Notes under the pieces: generated by a model
The model's input: the letters and a program-made list of their open reading frames with translations, nothing else
The model's database searches: none
Told to the model about the DNA's origin: nothing
Part shown: piece after piece, positions 25,503 through 34,838 of the stretch
Layout of the letters: the number at the start of each line of letters is the position of its first letter
Numbering within the stretch: the stretch's first letter is position 1
Made by a program: the position numbers and the translations under genes
DNA from: Lentisphaeria bacterium
GTDB lineage: Bacteria > Verrucomicrobiota > Lentisphaeria > Victivallales > Victivallaceae
Direction of reading: 5' to 3'
Assembly: GCA_017508015.1 (NCBI GenBank)
Contig: JAFVZS010000070.1
Location: 1 to 50,659, forward strand
Length of the DNA stretch: 50,659 nucleotides

Positions 25503-25955
25503 ATGGCTAACGTCAGTCTTATTCTTTTGGATGATGTCGAACATCTCGGTCTGGCCGGTGATGAGGTGCGTGTCGCCCCCGGTTATGCCAGAAACTATCT
25601 TATCCCCAACAAACTCGCCGCCAAAGCCACTCCCGGCACGCTGCGTCTGATCGAATCACGCAAGGCCGCCATCGCTGCCCGCCGCGCCGCCGATCTGGCC
25701 AACGCCAAGGCCCTGGCCGAAAAACTTGCGACTGTGGAAATTTCCATTGCGATGCAGGCTACTGAAGACGATCAGCTTTTCGGTTCTGTCACTCCGCGCA
25801 TGGTCGCTGAAGAGCTGAATGCTCAGGGATTTGCCATTGAACACAGCCGCATTCTGATCGATCCCCCGATCAAAATGCTCGGCAGCTTTGAAGCTCAGGT
25901 CAAACTTCACAGCGAAGTTTCCGCAGCAGTCAAAATCTGGGTTGTCCGCGGTTAA
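25503..25955 (+). CDS. rplI: 50S ribosomal protein L9
   Basis: The N-terminus VSLILLDDVEHLGLAGDEVRVAPGYARNYLIP matches the L9 consensus; 150 aa. Confidence 0.95.
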   Translation: MANVSLILLDDVEHLGLAGDEVRVAPGYARNYLIPNKLAAKATPGTLRLIESRKAAIAARRAADLANAKALAEKLATVEISIAMQATEDDQLFGSVTPRMVAEELNAQGFAIEHSRILIDPPIKMLGSFEAQVKLHSEVSAAVKIWVVRG

Positions 25956-25973
25956 TTTCCGCAGGTGATCTTT

Positions 25974-27398
25974 ATGGCTGAAATTGCCGGAAAAACTTCG
26001 GTGTCTGTACGCCCGGCGGGTATTTTGCCCGACCGGGCGCAGCCGCATAATTTAAAAGTGGAACAGGCCGTTCTGGCCGCCATGCTCCGCGAACCGAAAA
26101 GCTGTGTCGATACCGTCGTTGAAAAACTCGGCAGTTCCGGCGATGCTTTTTACAGTGCCGCCAACCGCAGTATCTTTCTGGCGGCTGTTGAATTGAATAA
26201 AGCCGGCAGTGTGCCGGATCTTTTGAGTGTCGCCCAGAAACTCAAAGCTTCAGAAAAACTGGAAGCGGCCGGCGGCGAACTCTATCTGGCGGAGATCTAT
26301 TCCGCAATTGCCACGACGGTAAATATCGAGTCGTGGTGTGAAATATTACGCAATCTGGCAATGCTCCGCAGGATGATCGATGCCTGTTCCGGGGCGTTGA
26401 TGAAGTGTTTCGATAATGATGCCGATCCGGATAAACTGGTCGAGGAGATCGAAACCGATATCTACAATATCCGTACATCCGGGGCGGTTGAAACGATCCG
26501 GGATCTGCGGGTACTGGTGGCACAGGAGTTCCAAACCCTGCTTGACATCAAAAATAAAAAGATCGAAGTCGGTATTCCCACCGGGTATTCTCCGCTGGAT
26601 GATTTTACCGGCGGACTGAAAAAAGGGGAAATGTTTGTTTTGGCCGCCCGTCCTTCCATCGGTAAAACCACGTTGGGGTTGAATATCATTGCCAACGTGG
26701 CGATGAAAGGTGAAAAGCGTCGTCCGGTAGCCTTTTTCAGTTTGGAAATGACCGACAATCAGATCGCCCGCCGTCTGTTGTGTACCGAGGCGGGAATCCC
26801 GGAAAGTGTCTTTTGGAATGGCACATTCAACGACAGTGACATGCATAAACTTACGGCTGCGGCAGCCAATATCCGCGATGCGCAGTTATTCATCGACCCT
26901 ACCGGCGGTTTGACGATTTCTGAATTGCGTGCCAAGGCCAGAAGGTTGAAAAATGAGCATGATATCCAGCTGATTGTGATCGACTATTTGCAGTTGATGC
27001 ATGCTGATTCAAGAGTTGACGGCCGTCAGCAGGAGGTCGCTGAAATTTCCGGAGGCATTAAAAAACTGGCTAAAGACCTTAATGTGCCGGTGCTGGTATT
27101 GGCCCAGCTCAATCGTGAAATCGATAAAAATGCCAGTCCCAACGCCCGGCCGAAACTGGCACACTTGCGTGAATCCGGTGCCATCGAGCAGGATGCTGAT
27201 ATTGTAACATTTCTGCACCGCAACCGTGATGATGCCAAAAATATTGCCGACGGTGCATCCACCGAGGCCGAGTTGATCGTTGAGAAGAACCGTAACGGTA
27301 AGATCGGAACGGTGAAATTGAATTTTTATCCATCAAAAATGCTCTTTGAGGCAGCTCCGCCGATTGGCCGGGAGTATGCGCCGGGGGGCGGGGAATGA
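25974..27398 (+). CDS. dnaB: replicative DNA helicase DnaB
   Basis: PHNLKVEQAVLAAML at the N-terminus, GIPTGYSPLDD, Walker A ARPSIGKT, and LAQLNR...LRESGAIEQDAD. The track ORF begins at GTG 25965; ATG 25974 has an AGGTGA SD. Confidence 0.97.
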   Translation: MAEIAGKTSVSVRPAGILPDRAQPHNLKVEQAVLAAMLREPKSCVDTVVEKLGSSGDAFYSAANRSIFLAAVELNKAGSVPDLLSVAQKLKASEKLEAAGGELYLAEIYSAIATTVNIESWCEILRNLAMLRRMIDACSGALMKCFDNDADPDKLVEEIETDIYNIRTSGAVETIRDLRVLVAQEFQTLLDIKNKKIEVGIPTGYSPLDDFTGGLKKGEMFVLAARPSIGKTTLGLNIIANVAMKGEKRRPVAFFSLEMTDNQIARRLLCTEAGIPESVFWNGTFNDSDMHKLTAAAANIRDAQLFIDPTGGLTISELRAKARRLKNEHDIQLIVIDYLQLMHADSRVDGRQQEVAEISGGIKKLAKDLNVPVLVLAQLNREIDKNASPNARPKLAHLRESGAIEQDADIVTFLHRNRDDAKNIADGASTEAELIVEKNRNGKIGTVKLNFYPSKMLFEAAPPIGREYAPGGGE

Positions 27399-27419
27399 GC
27401 TAATATCCGGGGAGAGGAA

Positions 27420-29747
27420 ATGATGTTGAAAAATAGTATCAAGTATCTGTTGCTGTTATGGTTGTGTTCAACGGTGACTGCTGAGGCCGCGAAAGTCGGT
27501 TCGGTGAAATTTGAACAGGAAGGTTCAGCAAAGATCCCGACTGAATTGCTGGAAGTGGTTCTGCGGTTGCGTCCGGGAATGGAATTCAACGCCTCTTATA
27601 TGGATGCTGATTTGAAAAGTCTTTTTGATACCGGCAAAATTTCCGATGCGGTTGCCGAATTCCGGGAGCTGCCGGATGGAACCGTGGAAGTTATCTACAA
27701 AATAAAACCTTCTCCGGTAATATCCGTATTCAAACTTGAAGGCAACAAAAAGTTTTCCACCCGTGATTTACAGGAGTGTCTGGAGATTGCCGACGGTGAC
27801 CGTTTGAGCAGTAAAGCTTTGAGCAAAACGGTGGAAAATCTGCGTAAATATTATGCCGACCACGGTTATAACGATGCGAAAATCGGTTTGCCGGCCGTGT
27901 TGCCGGATGGCAGCGGCGGGGTGATCGTGACGGTGACGATAGAAGAAAATCTGCGTCTTAAGGTCAATGATGTGACCTTTGAGGGAATTTCAGTCTTTGA
28001 TGAAAGTGACCTGCGTGCGGTGATGTTCAACCGTTACAGTTACTGGAATTGGCTGCCCTTTATCAATGATTATCTCAATTACGGTCTTTTGAACCGCGAA
28101 GAGCTGGAAACTGACAAGGCCCGGCTGCGGGAAATGTATTACGACCGGGGGTATTTGGATTTTAAGGTAAATGATATAAGAATGACCCCGGATACCGATG
28201 ATCCGGAGTTTGTCAATCTGCATCTGGTCGTCGAAGAGGGTGAACCGTATGCCGTTGAACAGGTCTCCGTATCCGGGAACTCCCAATTGGCGACGGAAAT
28301 TTTATTGCCGATGATACGTTTGAAAACGGGAGAAAATTTTTCGCTGGCCCAGGAGAATGCATCAATCCAGGCGATCCGGGCTTTGTATGATGCTGAAGGA
28401 TACAGCGATTTGACGGTGCGTGCGGTGCATAAAACCGATTTTCCCAATCATAAGGTGAGTGTGGATTTCCAAATCACCGAGGGACGCAAATATTTTGTGC
28501 GGGATATTGAGATCATCGGGAACTCATCCACAAAAGAGAAGGTGCTGCGCCGGGAATTGGCGATACAGCCCGGTGATCCGGTAACGCAAAGACGTATTGA
28601 AATCAGCCGTCAGCGGCTGATGGGAATGGGATATTTCACCAGTGTTGAGGCTGAAGCGGTCAATGCAGATGCTCTTAATGAAAAGGATATCCGGATAACG
28701 GTCGAGGAAAATCCGGCGCGTTACAATTTCCGGATCGGAGCCGGTGCATCTGATGTCAGCAGCTTTTTCGGAATGGCGGAAATTTCCACCAATAACTTTG
28801 ATATCACCAATCCGGGCAACTGGTTCTACGGCGGCGGTCAGCGGTTGCGTTTGCAGGGGATTTACGGCATTGATGATGCCGGATTCAATATCGACTTTGT
28901 TGAACCGTGGCTTTTTGATCTGCCGTTGCGTTATGAATTATCCGCTTTTATGAATACATCGGAATATGATGACTGGGATGAAACCCGTATCGGAGTCCGC
29001 ACTTCATTGCAGCGCAAGATTTTTGATGATTTCACCCGGGTCGCCTTGGGATATAAATTTGAAACGGTGCGGGTACACAATATTGCCCGGTCGTTGAAAC
29101 GTTACTTCCGGGAGCAGAATCTGGATGGAACTTCCAGAGTAAGTCAGTTCTCTTTGAATCTCACCCGGGATACCCGGGACAGTATTGTTGATCCGACCGA
29201 GGGTTACTTTGTCAATCTTTTCAGTTCGATCACACCGGAGGTACTCGGGGCCAGTGACAACTACTACCGGCTGGAAGCCCGCGGCGGATATCACTTCAAC
29301 TTTTTTGATAAAGCGATCATCGTTACGCTGGCCGGTAAGATCGGGGTGGTTTCCGGCTTTGATTACCATGATGATGTACCGGTTTTTGAACGTTACTTCC
29401 TGGGCGGCAGCGGTTCGGTTCGCGGTTTTGAGCACCGTTCGATCGGCAAAGTGGTTAATGACCGCAATGTCGGCGGTCAGACAATGATGGTACTGACTGC
29501 GGAAGTTTCCCATCCGATCTGGGGACCGTTGCGCGGCGCGGCATTTATTGATGCCGGTGATGCGTGGAGCAATGCTTACAGCATGGATTGGGATACCATC
29601 AATGTCGGTGCCGGCTACGGTTTGCGTCTGAAACTGCCGATGATCCAGGCTCCTTTGAAGCTGGATCTGGCTTATCCGGTGGTCAGAGGTCAGGATAATT
29701 TGAAACGCAAGTTCCGTATTCACTTCAACGTCGGATTTTCTTTCTGA
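27420..29747 (+). CDS. bamA: outer membrane protein assembly factor BamA (POTRA repeats + Omp85 barrel)
   Basis: 775 aa with a signal peptide and repeated POTRA-like segments. The C-terminal barrel has FLGGSGSVRGF and a terminal aromatic (VGFSF). Confidence 0.93.
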   Translation: MMLKNSIKYLLLLWLCSTVTAEAAKVGSVKFEQEGSAKIPTELLEVVLRLRPGMEFNASYMDADLKSLFDTGKISDAVAEFRELPDGTVEVIYKIKPSPVISVFKLEGNKKFSTRDLQECLEIADGDRLSSKALSKTVENLRKYYADHGYNDAKIGLPAVLPDGSGGVIVTVTIEENLRLKVNDVTFEGISVFDESDLRAVMFNRYSYWNWLPFINDYLNYGLLNREELETDKARLREMYYDRGYLDFKVNDIRMTPDTDDPEFVNLHLVVEEGEPYAVEQVSVSGNSQLATEILLPMIRLKTGENFSLAQENASIQAIRALYDAEGYSDLTVRAVHKTDFPNHKVSVDFQITEGRKYFVRDIEIIGNSSTKEKVLRRELAIQPGDPVTQRRIEISRQRLMGMGYFTSVEAEAVNADALNEKDIRITVEENPARYNFRIGAGASDVSSFFGMAEISTNNFDITNPGNWFYGGGQRLRLQGIYGIDDAGFNIDFVEPWLFDLPLRYELSAFMNTSEYDDWDETRIGVRTSLQRKIFDDFTRVALGYKFETVRVHNIARSLKRYFREQNLDGTSRVSQFSLNLTRDTRDSIVDPTEGYFVNLFSSITPEVLGASDNYYRLEARGGYHFNFFDKAIIVTLAGKIGVVSGFDYHDDVPVFERYFLGGSGSVRGFEHRSIGKVVNDRNVGGQTMMVLTAEVSHPIWGPLRGAAFIDAGDAWSNAYSMDWDTINVGAGYGLRLKLPMIQAPLKLDLAYPVVRGQDNLKRKFRIHFNVGFSF

Positions 29748-30547
29748 TGACAGAATACCCGCCAAATGCTGACTCCCTGATGGCGATTCTCCGGAAGCTC
29801 CGGGCTCCGGATGGCTGCCCGTGGGACCGGGAACAGACCCGGCAGAGTCTGGTGCGTCATCTTGAGGGTGAATGTGCCGAGTTGATCTACGCCATCGACC
29901 GGGAAGATGTACCCAATATCTGTGAAGAATTGGGAGATGTCCTGATGAATCTGTTTTTTCAGGTGGTGGTTGCTGAAGAAAAGGGCGAATTTACTCTTGC
30001 TGACGTGTGGCGGCAGATCATCGATAAAATGATCCGGCGTCACGCCCATGTTTTCGGCGGGGAAAAAGCTGCCAATGCCGCCGAAGTCGCCGAATTATGG
30101 CAAAAGATCAAAGCCGCTGAACATGCTGATTCTGACAGCGGAAAATCTTTGATGGATGAGGTAAAACCCTGTTTGTCGGCTCTTGAGAGAGCTGAAAAAT
30201 TGCAGAAAACTGCTGCCAAAACCGGTTTCGACTGGCCGGGGGCGGAAGAGGTGTTGGATAAGATCGTCGAGGAGACCGCAGAAGTACGCGAAGCTTTGGC
30301 AGAAAAAGATGATGACCACATTGATGAGGAGCTGGGAGATCTGCTTTTTGCGGTGATAAATCTGATCCGGTTCCGCAACCGGACTCATGCCGGAGAATTG
30401 CTGCGCCGGGCCAATTTGAAGTTTGAAAACCGCTTCCGTCAGTTGGAGAAAGAATTTACTGCACTCAATGAAGATATCAGCAGTGCAGATCCCGAAAAGA
30501 TGGATCAGCTTTGGGAAAAGGTAAAAGCAGATTCCCGGAAGCATTGA
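29747..30547 (+). CDS. mazG: nucleoside triphosphate pyrophosphohydrolase MazG
   Basis: LRAPDGCPWDREQT, and two EExxE/D MazG modules (ECAELIYAI, EELGDLLFAVINL). 1-nt overlap with the bamA stop. Confidence 0.93.
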   Translation: MTEYPPNADSLMAILRKLRAPDGCPWDREQTRQSLVRHLEGECAELIYAIDREDVPNICEELGDVLMNLFFQVVVAEEKGEFTLADVWRQIIDKMIRRHAHVFGGEKAANAAEVAELWQKIKAAEHADSDSGKSLMDEVKPCLSALERAEKLQKTAAKTGFDWPGAEEVLDKIVEETAEVREALAEKDDDHIDEELGDLLFAVINLIRFRNRTHAGELLRRANLKFENRFRQLEKEFTALNEDISSADPEKMDQLWEKVKADSRKH

Positions 30548-32295
30548 TGCTGGTGGCAAATATGAATAGAAATACTCCGGTAATTGACTTTACCCCTGAA
30601 TCTGTGCCCATGCGCCGGACGGGCTGGATGATCTACCTGAGTGCCGTGGCGGTTTTGCTGGCTTGGGCCGGTAATACATCGCTGAATGGCGATGAAGGTG
30701 ATATGGCTGAAGGCATCCGGCAGCTGCTTTGCGGTAACGATATATTTTCTCCTCAATGCTGGTGGCAGCCGGCAGAGCGTTCATTTTTATGGTTCTGCCG
30801 TTTCCGGATGCTGCCGGCTCAGCTTTTCGGCAGCAGCGAATTGATCTGCCGGTTGTTTTCGATGATTTCGGCGGTGGTTTTGCTTTGCGGCACGACCATG
30901 CTTGCCGGAGATTTTTTCAATCGCCGTACCGGGGTGTGTGCCGCATGGATGCTGATCGGTTCTTACGGCTTTATCTGCTGGGGAAGGTTTGCCGGCAGTT
31001 TTATGACGTTGGCCGCATGGGTGCTCTGGAGTGTGATCTGGTTGCGCAATGCGCGGGATCACTTCTGGTGGCGCAGCGTATTTTTCTTTCTGCTGTTTGC
31101 CGGATTGTCCTGGTGGGGATTTCATTATCTGCTGCTGATACCGGGGATCATGCTCATCACCATGACCAGTGCCCGGAAGGCGTTATGGTGTTGGAATTCG
31201 CTGGCGGCAGCACTCTTTGCCGGGATGGTGGCGGCAGCTGTCCTCTTCTGGCAGGCCGGATTTCCCGGTGTACCGCCGCAGGAATATCCCTTCCGGGTGT
31301 GGCAGCAGCTTAAAGCGGTCTGGGCGGAATCATTTTACATCGCTGTCCGGCCGGAAAACGGCGCATGGAATTTGAAATCTCCGGTGAATTTACTGCGTCT
31401 GACTCTGCCATGGAGTTTGCCGGTTGTCGTGGCGGTTTCCGGTATGATCTGCCGGTGGCGGGAGCTCTCTGGCGATCACCGCCGACTGCTTGGCGGAGTA
31501 TTGCTGATGATCATTGCCGCCGGTATATTTCCCGGCCGCCGGTGGCAGTATCAATTGAGTTTGCTGCCGTTTATGCTTATGCTCTGTGCCGGAACTGTGA
31601 CCGGCTGTGCCGGCATTGAATCATGGAGCCGTAACGCCGGAAGGGTCATGTGGTGGTGTTTTTGCATCCTCGGTTCACTGGCTGTTGCAGTGATCGTGAC
31701 CTGGCCGCTCTGGAAGATCATTTTCCATTTTTCGCCGCCGCTGCTGTTGATGTTTGGTATACCTTTACTGGGATTGTCGGCATTGCTGTTTCTGGTTTTT
31801 GATACCGGCGGCGGCAGTGCTGTGGAGCGGGTGAGCGGCATGAATGGACCGTGGAGCGGATATATTCTGGCCGGAGTCTGCTTGATGGCGGCAGTTTTTG
31901 TGGTGGGAGTTTCGGGATTTGACGACTACCGTTCCGGGAGGCCGTTCTGGGAAAAATGCGGTAAGCTTTCGCGTCATCTGCCGCCGCATGAGATTCTCTA
32001 TTACGGGGCATTTCCCAATGCCAAACACCTTTATTATATGGCACTGACTTCCCGTTGCACCGTGGTGAAAGAGCCGGGGGAATTTGCCGGAGTTCTGGGA
32101 AAAATTTCTTCAGGAGAGGCTCTGCTTATGCTTAAAAGAGCGGATTTTACTGCGGTCAGAGAAGCTTTGAGTACGGCTGAATGGGCGTGGAAAGATGCCA
32201 AACCGCTGGCAGTGGAAGCCGGAGCGGTGAATTTTTACGGTGATGAATTTACTGACGGTGATAAATATATTATCTGCCGGATCCGCCGGTTGTGA
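30547..32295 (+). CDS. polytopic membrane glycosyltransferase, GT39/GT83 (ArnT/PMT)-like
   Basis: More than 10 TM helices, with a DE motif in the first loop (LNGDEGDMAEGIRQLL) as in ArnT-type enzymes. The likely start is ATG 30547 (TGATG overlap with mazG) rather than the track start 30511. Confidence 0.78.
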   Translation: MLVANMNRNTPVIDFTPESVPMRRTGWMIYLSAVAVLLAWAGNTSLNGDEGDMAEGIRQLLCGNDIFSPQCWWQPAERSFLWFCRFRMLPAQLFGSSELICRLFSMISAVVLLCGTTMLAGDFFNRRTGVCAAWMLIGSYGFICWGRFAGSFMTLAAWVLWSVIWLRNARDHFWWRSVFFFLLFAGLSWWGFHYLLLIPGIMLITMTSARKALWCWNSLAAALFAGMVAAAVLFWQAGFPGVPPQEYPFRVWQQLKAVWAESFYIAVRPENGAWNLKSPVNLLRLTLPWSLPVVVAVSGMICRWRELSGDHRRLLGGVLLMIIAAGIFPGRRWQYQLSLLPFMLMLCAGTVTGCAGIESWSRNAGRVMWWCFCILGSLAVAVIVTWPLWKIIFHFSPPLLLMFGIPLLGLSALLFLVFDTGGGSAVERVSGMNGPWSGYILAGVCLMAAVFVVGVSGFDDYRSGRPFWEKCGKLSRHLPPHEILYYGAFPNAKHLYYMALTSRCTVVKEPGEFAGVLGKISSGEALLMLKRADFTAVREALSTAEWAWKDAKPLAVEAGAVNFYGDEFTDGDKYIICRIRRL

Positions 32296-32358
32296 TCAGG
32301 AATGGCTCGGCTTTTCAGAAAAAAACGGCAAAATTGACAATATTTTACCGTGCCGGTG

Positions 32359-32386
32359 TTGAAAACCGGTATTGAAGGTGTATATT
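32359..32386 (+). promoter_or_regulatory. sigma70-type promoter of the oxidoreductase gene
   Basis: TTGAAA (32359-32364), 16-nt spacer, TATATT (32381-32386). Confidence 0.5.
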
Positions 32387-32396
32387 ATCAGTACAA

Positions 32397-32410
32397 TGGT
32401 TTGTAAACCA
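32397..32410. promoter_or_regulatory. operator-like inverted repeat TGGTTT-GT-AAACCA
   Basis: Perfect 6-bp arms lie between the -10 element and the CAGGAG SD of the 32440 gene. Confidence 0.3.
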
Positions 32411-32439
32411 ATTTAACTATTAACTTTCAGGAGTCGAAT

Positions 32440-33729
32440 ATGGAAAAGAAACGTTATGCTGTTTGCGGAGTATCCACTCGTGCTATCGGTATGTATATCG
32501 GGCCGATGATGAGAAATTTTGCTCATTGCGCCGAATTGGTCGGTATGCTGGATATTGATCCGCTCCGTTTCAAAGCTTGTACAGATATTGTACCGGAAGC
32601 AAAAAATGTTCCGACCTATCTGGCTGCTGATTTTGAAAAAATGCTGGCAGAGACCAAACCGGATGCTTTGCTGGTGGTCAGCATGGATTGCACCCATGTT
32701 GATTATATCGTAGCCGGTTTGGAGCACGGTCTGGATATTATCTGCGAAAAACCGATGACGACCAATACGGCAGATTCTCTCCGGGTGCTGGCTGCGGAAG
32801 AAAAATCCAAAGGCAAAGTGATTTGCACATTCAACTACCGTTACAATCCGGTTCACCGCAAATTGCGTGAATTGATCCTTGAAGGCAAGATCGGCCGGGT
32901 CACTCATGTCGATCTCAACTGGTATATCGATATCAAACACGGTTCAAGTTACTTCCATCGCTGGAACCGCATGCGGGAAAACTCCGGAAGTCTTTCCATT
33001 CACAAATCCAGTCACCACTTTGACCTGGTCAACTGGTGGATCGACGGCATTCCGGAACAGGTTCATGCTTTCGGAGCCCTCAACCATTACGGTCCGGATG
33101 GCGAATTCAACCCCTCCAAAAAAGACGGCCGCAACTGTGACAGTTGCGATGAATTTTTGAATTGTGCTTATAAACGCCGCTGGGCCACCCGCAATTCAAC
33201 GCTGTTCGTGCCGGATGATCATATCAACTCTTTTGAGAGCAAGGTTACGCAGTATACCAATTACAGCCCGAAAATGTGTATGTTTGATTCTCAAATCAAC
33301 ATTTACGACACCTTTGTGGCCAATGTGAAATACCGCAATGGAGTGCTGCTCAACTATTCCGCCAACTTTTCCACCCCGTATGAAGGTTACCGGCTTGCCA
33401 TCAACGGAACCCGCGGCCGTCTTGAATCAATGGAATTTATCGGTGCCGGAGCTTCACAGCTGCCCAAATTCCATGAAGGCAGTCAGTTTATCGACTACTT
33501 CCCCATCTTTGAGAGCCGTGAACGTATCGATGTTGCCGCCGGTGCCGGCGGTCACGGCGGCGGTGATCCGCTGATTCTGGAAGATATTTTCCTCGGTGAA
33601 GATCCCGGCCGCAAGTATGATATTCTGGCTAAATCGGTTGACGGCTTGCGGGCGATCGCCATCGGTGATGCAGTTTACAACTCCATCAAAGACGGCGGTA
33701 TCCAGGATTTGACTTCATTTATCAAATAA
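32440..33729 (+). CDS. Gfo/Idh/MocA family oxidoreductase
   Basis: N-terminal Rossmann segment (RYAVCGVSTRA), a conserved EKP motif (IICEKPMT), and a long C-terminal alpha/beta domain; 429 aa. Confidence 0.9.
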   Translation: MEKKRYAVCGVSTRAIGMYIGPMMRNFAHCAELVGMLDIDPLRFKACTDIVPEAKNVPTYLAADFEKMLAETKPDALLVVSMDCTHVDYIVAGLEHGLDIICEKPMTTNTADSLRVLAAEEKSKGKVICTFNYRYNPVHRKLRELILEGKIGRVTHVDLNWYIDIKHGSSYFHRWNRMRENSGSLSIHKSSHHFDLVNWWIDGIPEQVHAFGALNHYGPDGEFNPSKKDGRNCDSCDEFLNCAYKRRWATRNSTLFVPDDHINSFESKVTQYTNYSPKMCMFDSQINIYDTFVANVKYRNGVLLNYSANFSTPYEGYRLAINGTRGRLESMEFIGAGASQLPKFHEGSQFIDYFPIFESRERIDVAAGAGGHGGGDPLILEDIFLGEDPGRKYDILAKSVDGLRAIAIGDAVYNSIKDGGIQDLTSFIK

Positions 33730-33751
33730 AATAACTGTTTGCAATACGGAA

Positions 33752-33797
33752 GGGCTGTCGCTGAACTTTGAAAAGTGAGTGACAGCTCCTTTTTATT
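33752..33797 (+). terminator. rho-independent terminator after the oxidoreductase gene
   Basis: Stem 33752-33762 pairs with 33778-33788 (11 bp including 2 G-U; core GCTGTC/GACAGC). It is followed by CTTTTTATT. Confidence 0.55.
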
Positions 33798-33824
33798 GTG
33801 ATCGGTTTGGTCATCATCAGCATT

Positions 33825-34724
33825 ATGAAAAAGTTGATCCGTCCGGCAATGCTGATATTGCCGTTATGTACCGGAATGTTTTTTCCGCAAGCGGCCTTTC
33901 TTGCCGGTGCGCCGTATAATTTCATCCGTTGGGCACTGGGAGTGATGATCTTTTGCAATGTTTTGCAGATCAATTTTGCCGATCTGAAAGTGCGTAAAGA
34001 ACACTTTGCCGTGCTTGGCGTGAATATCCTTATGGGAGTGATCCCGTTTTATATCTTGAAGTTTCTGTTGCCTTCCGGAGAAATTTATTCACATGCCGCT
34101 TTTTTTGCCGGTATTGCACCAACTGCGACGTCGGCGGCAGTGATCGTTTCTCTGCTTAACGGCGATGTCGGTTTTGCAGTTACCGGGTTTCTGGTCACCA
34201 ATATCGGCATATCGCTGGTGCTGCTGTTGCTTATTCCGCTGATTTCCGGTGATTTTTCCGCATCTTTCATGCTCAATGTATTGTGGTCGATCATCAGTAC
34301 GATCATTATTCCCATGGGCTGTGCCCGGATCATCCGCCATGTTTATCCGGAGATACTCAAACATCGGGATGAATTGAAAAATTTCACGCTTGTTTTATGG
34401 TCAGCATCTTTATTTGTCATCGCGGCAGTTGCCCGGAAATATTTTGATCAGAATGCCGGAGCTTCACTTTGGTCTCTGGCGGTTACGGGAGTGATTGCCG
34501 CAGTTGTTTGTGCTTTGAATTTCACCATCGGTTACTTTTTGAGCCGCGGAAAATTCCGGAAGGAAGCATCGCAGATACTGGGGCAGAAAAACACCACATT
34601 TGCCATCAGTCTGGCAATCGAATATTCCAGCGGGATTGCCGCTTTATCCGCCATATTTTACGTATTGTTTCACAATCTCTGGAATTCACTTCAACTGTTG
34701 AGGCATCACGGGAAAGGCAACTGA
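33825..34724 (+). CDS. membrane transporter, bile acid:Na+ symporter (BASS/SBF)-like
   Basis: About 9-10 TM helices. FFAGIAPTATSAAVIVSLLNGD resembles the BASS signature segment. The start is uncertain: the track's GTG 33798 lies in the upstream terminator T-tract, and the next start is ATG 33825. Confidence 0.7.
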   Translation: MKKLIRPAMLILPLCTGMFFPQAAFLAGAPYNFIRWALGVMIFCNVLQINFADLKVRKEHFAVLGVNILMGVIPFYILKFLLPSGEIYSHAAFFAGIAPTATSAAVIVSLLNGDVGFAVTGFLVTNIGISLVLLLLIPLISGDFSASFMLNVLWSIISTIIIPMGCARIIRHVYPEILKHRDELKNFTLVLWSASLFVIAAVARKYFDQNAGASLWSLAVTGVIAAVVCALNFTIGYFLSRGKFRKEASQILGQKNTTFAISLAIEYSSGIAALSAIFYVLFHNLWNSLQLLRHHGKGN

Positions 34725-34769
34725 ATTGTGAAACATGACGATGCTGACGGAGCTTGAGAGAAAAAAGTA

Positions 34770-34798
34770 TTGACAAAAGCTCAAGGCGGTGGTATATT
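34770..34798 (+). promoter_or_regulatory. near-consensus sigma70 promoter of the ceramidase-like gene
   Basis: TTGACA (34770-34775), 17-nt spacer, TATATT (34793-34798). An AAGGAGA SD at 34824-34830 precedes ATG 34839. Confidence 0.65.
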
Positions 34799-34838
34799 AT
34801 CAAGGTGTTCGCAAGTCGCATATAAGGAGAGATTTTGT

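Noticed and set aside
21906-30547. The prs-rplY-pth-rpsF-ssb-rpsR-rplI-dnaB-bamA-mazG block as something unusual
   Set aside because: These are all standard housekeeping genes in widely conserved sub-syntenies (prs-ctc-pth and rpsF-ssb-rpsR-rplI-dnaB). Nothing anomalous is seen in the sequence.
34770-34838. Start of the ceramidase-like ORF at 34770
   Set aside because: That segment contains the TTGACA-17-TATATT promoter. ATG 34839 follows an AAGGAGA SD.
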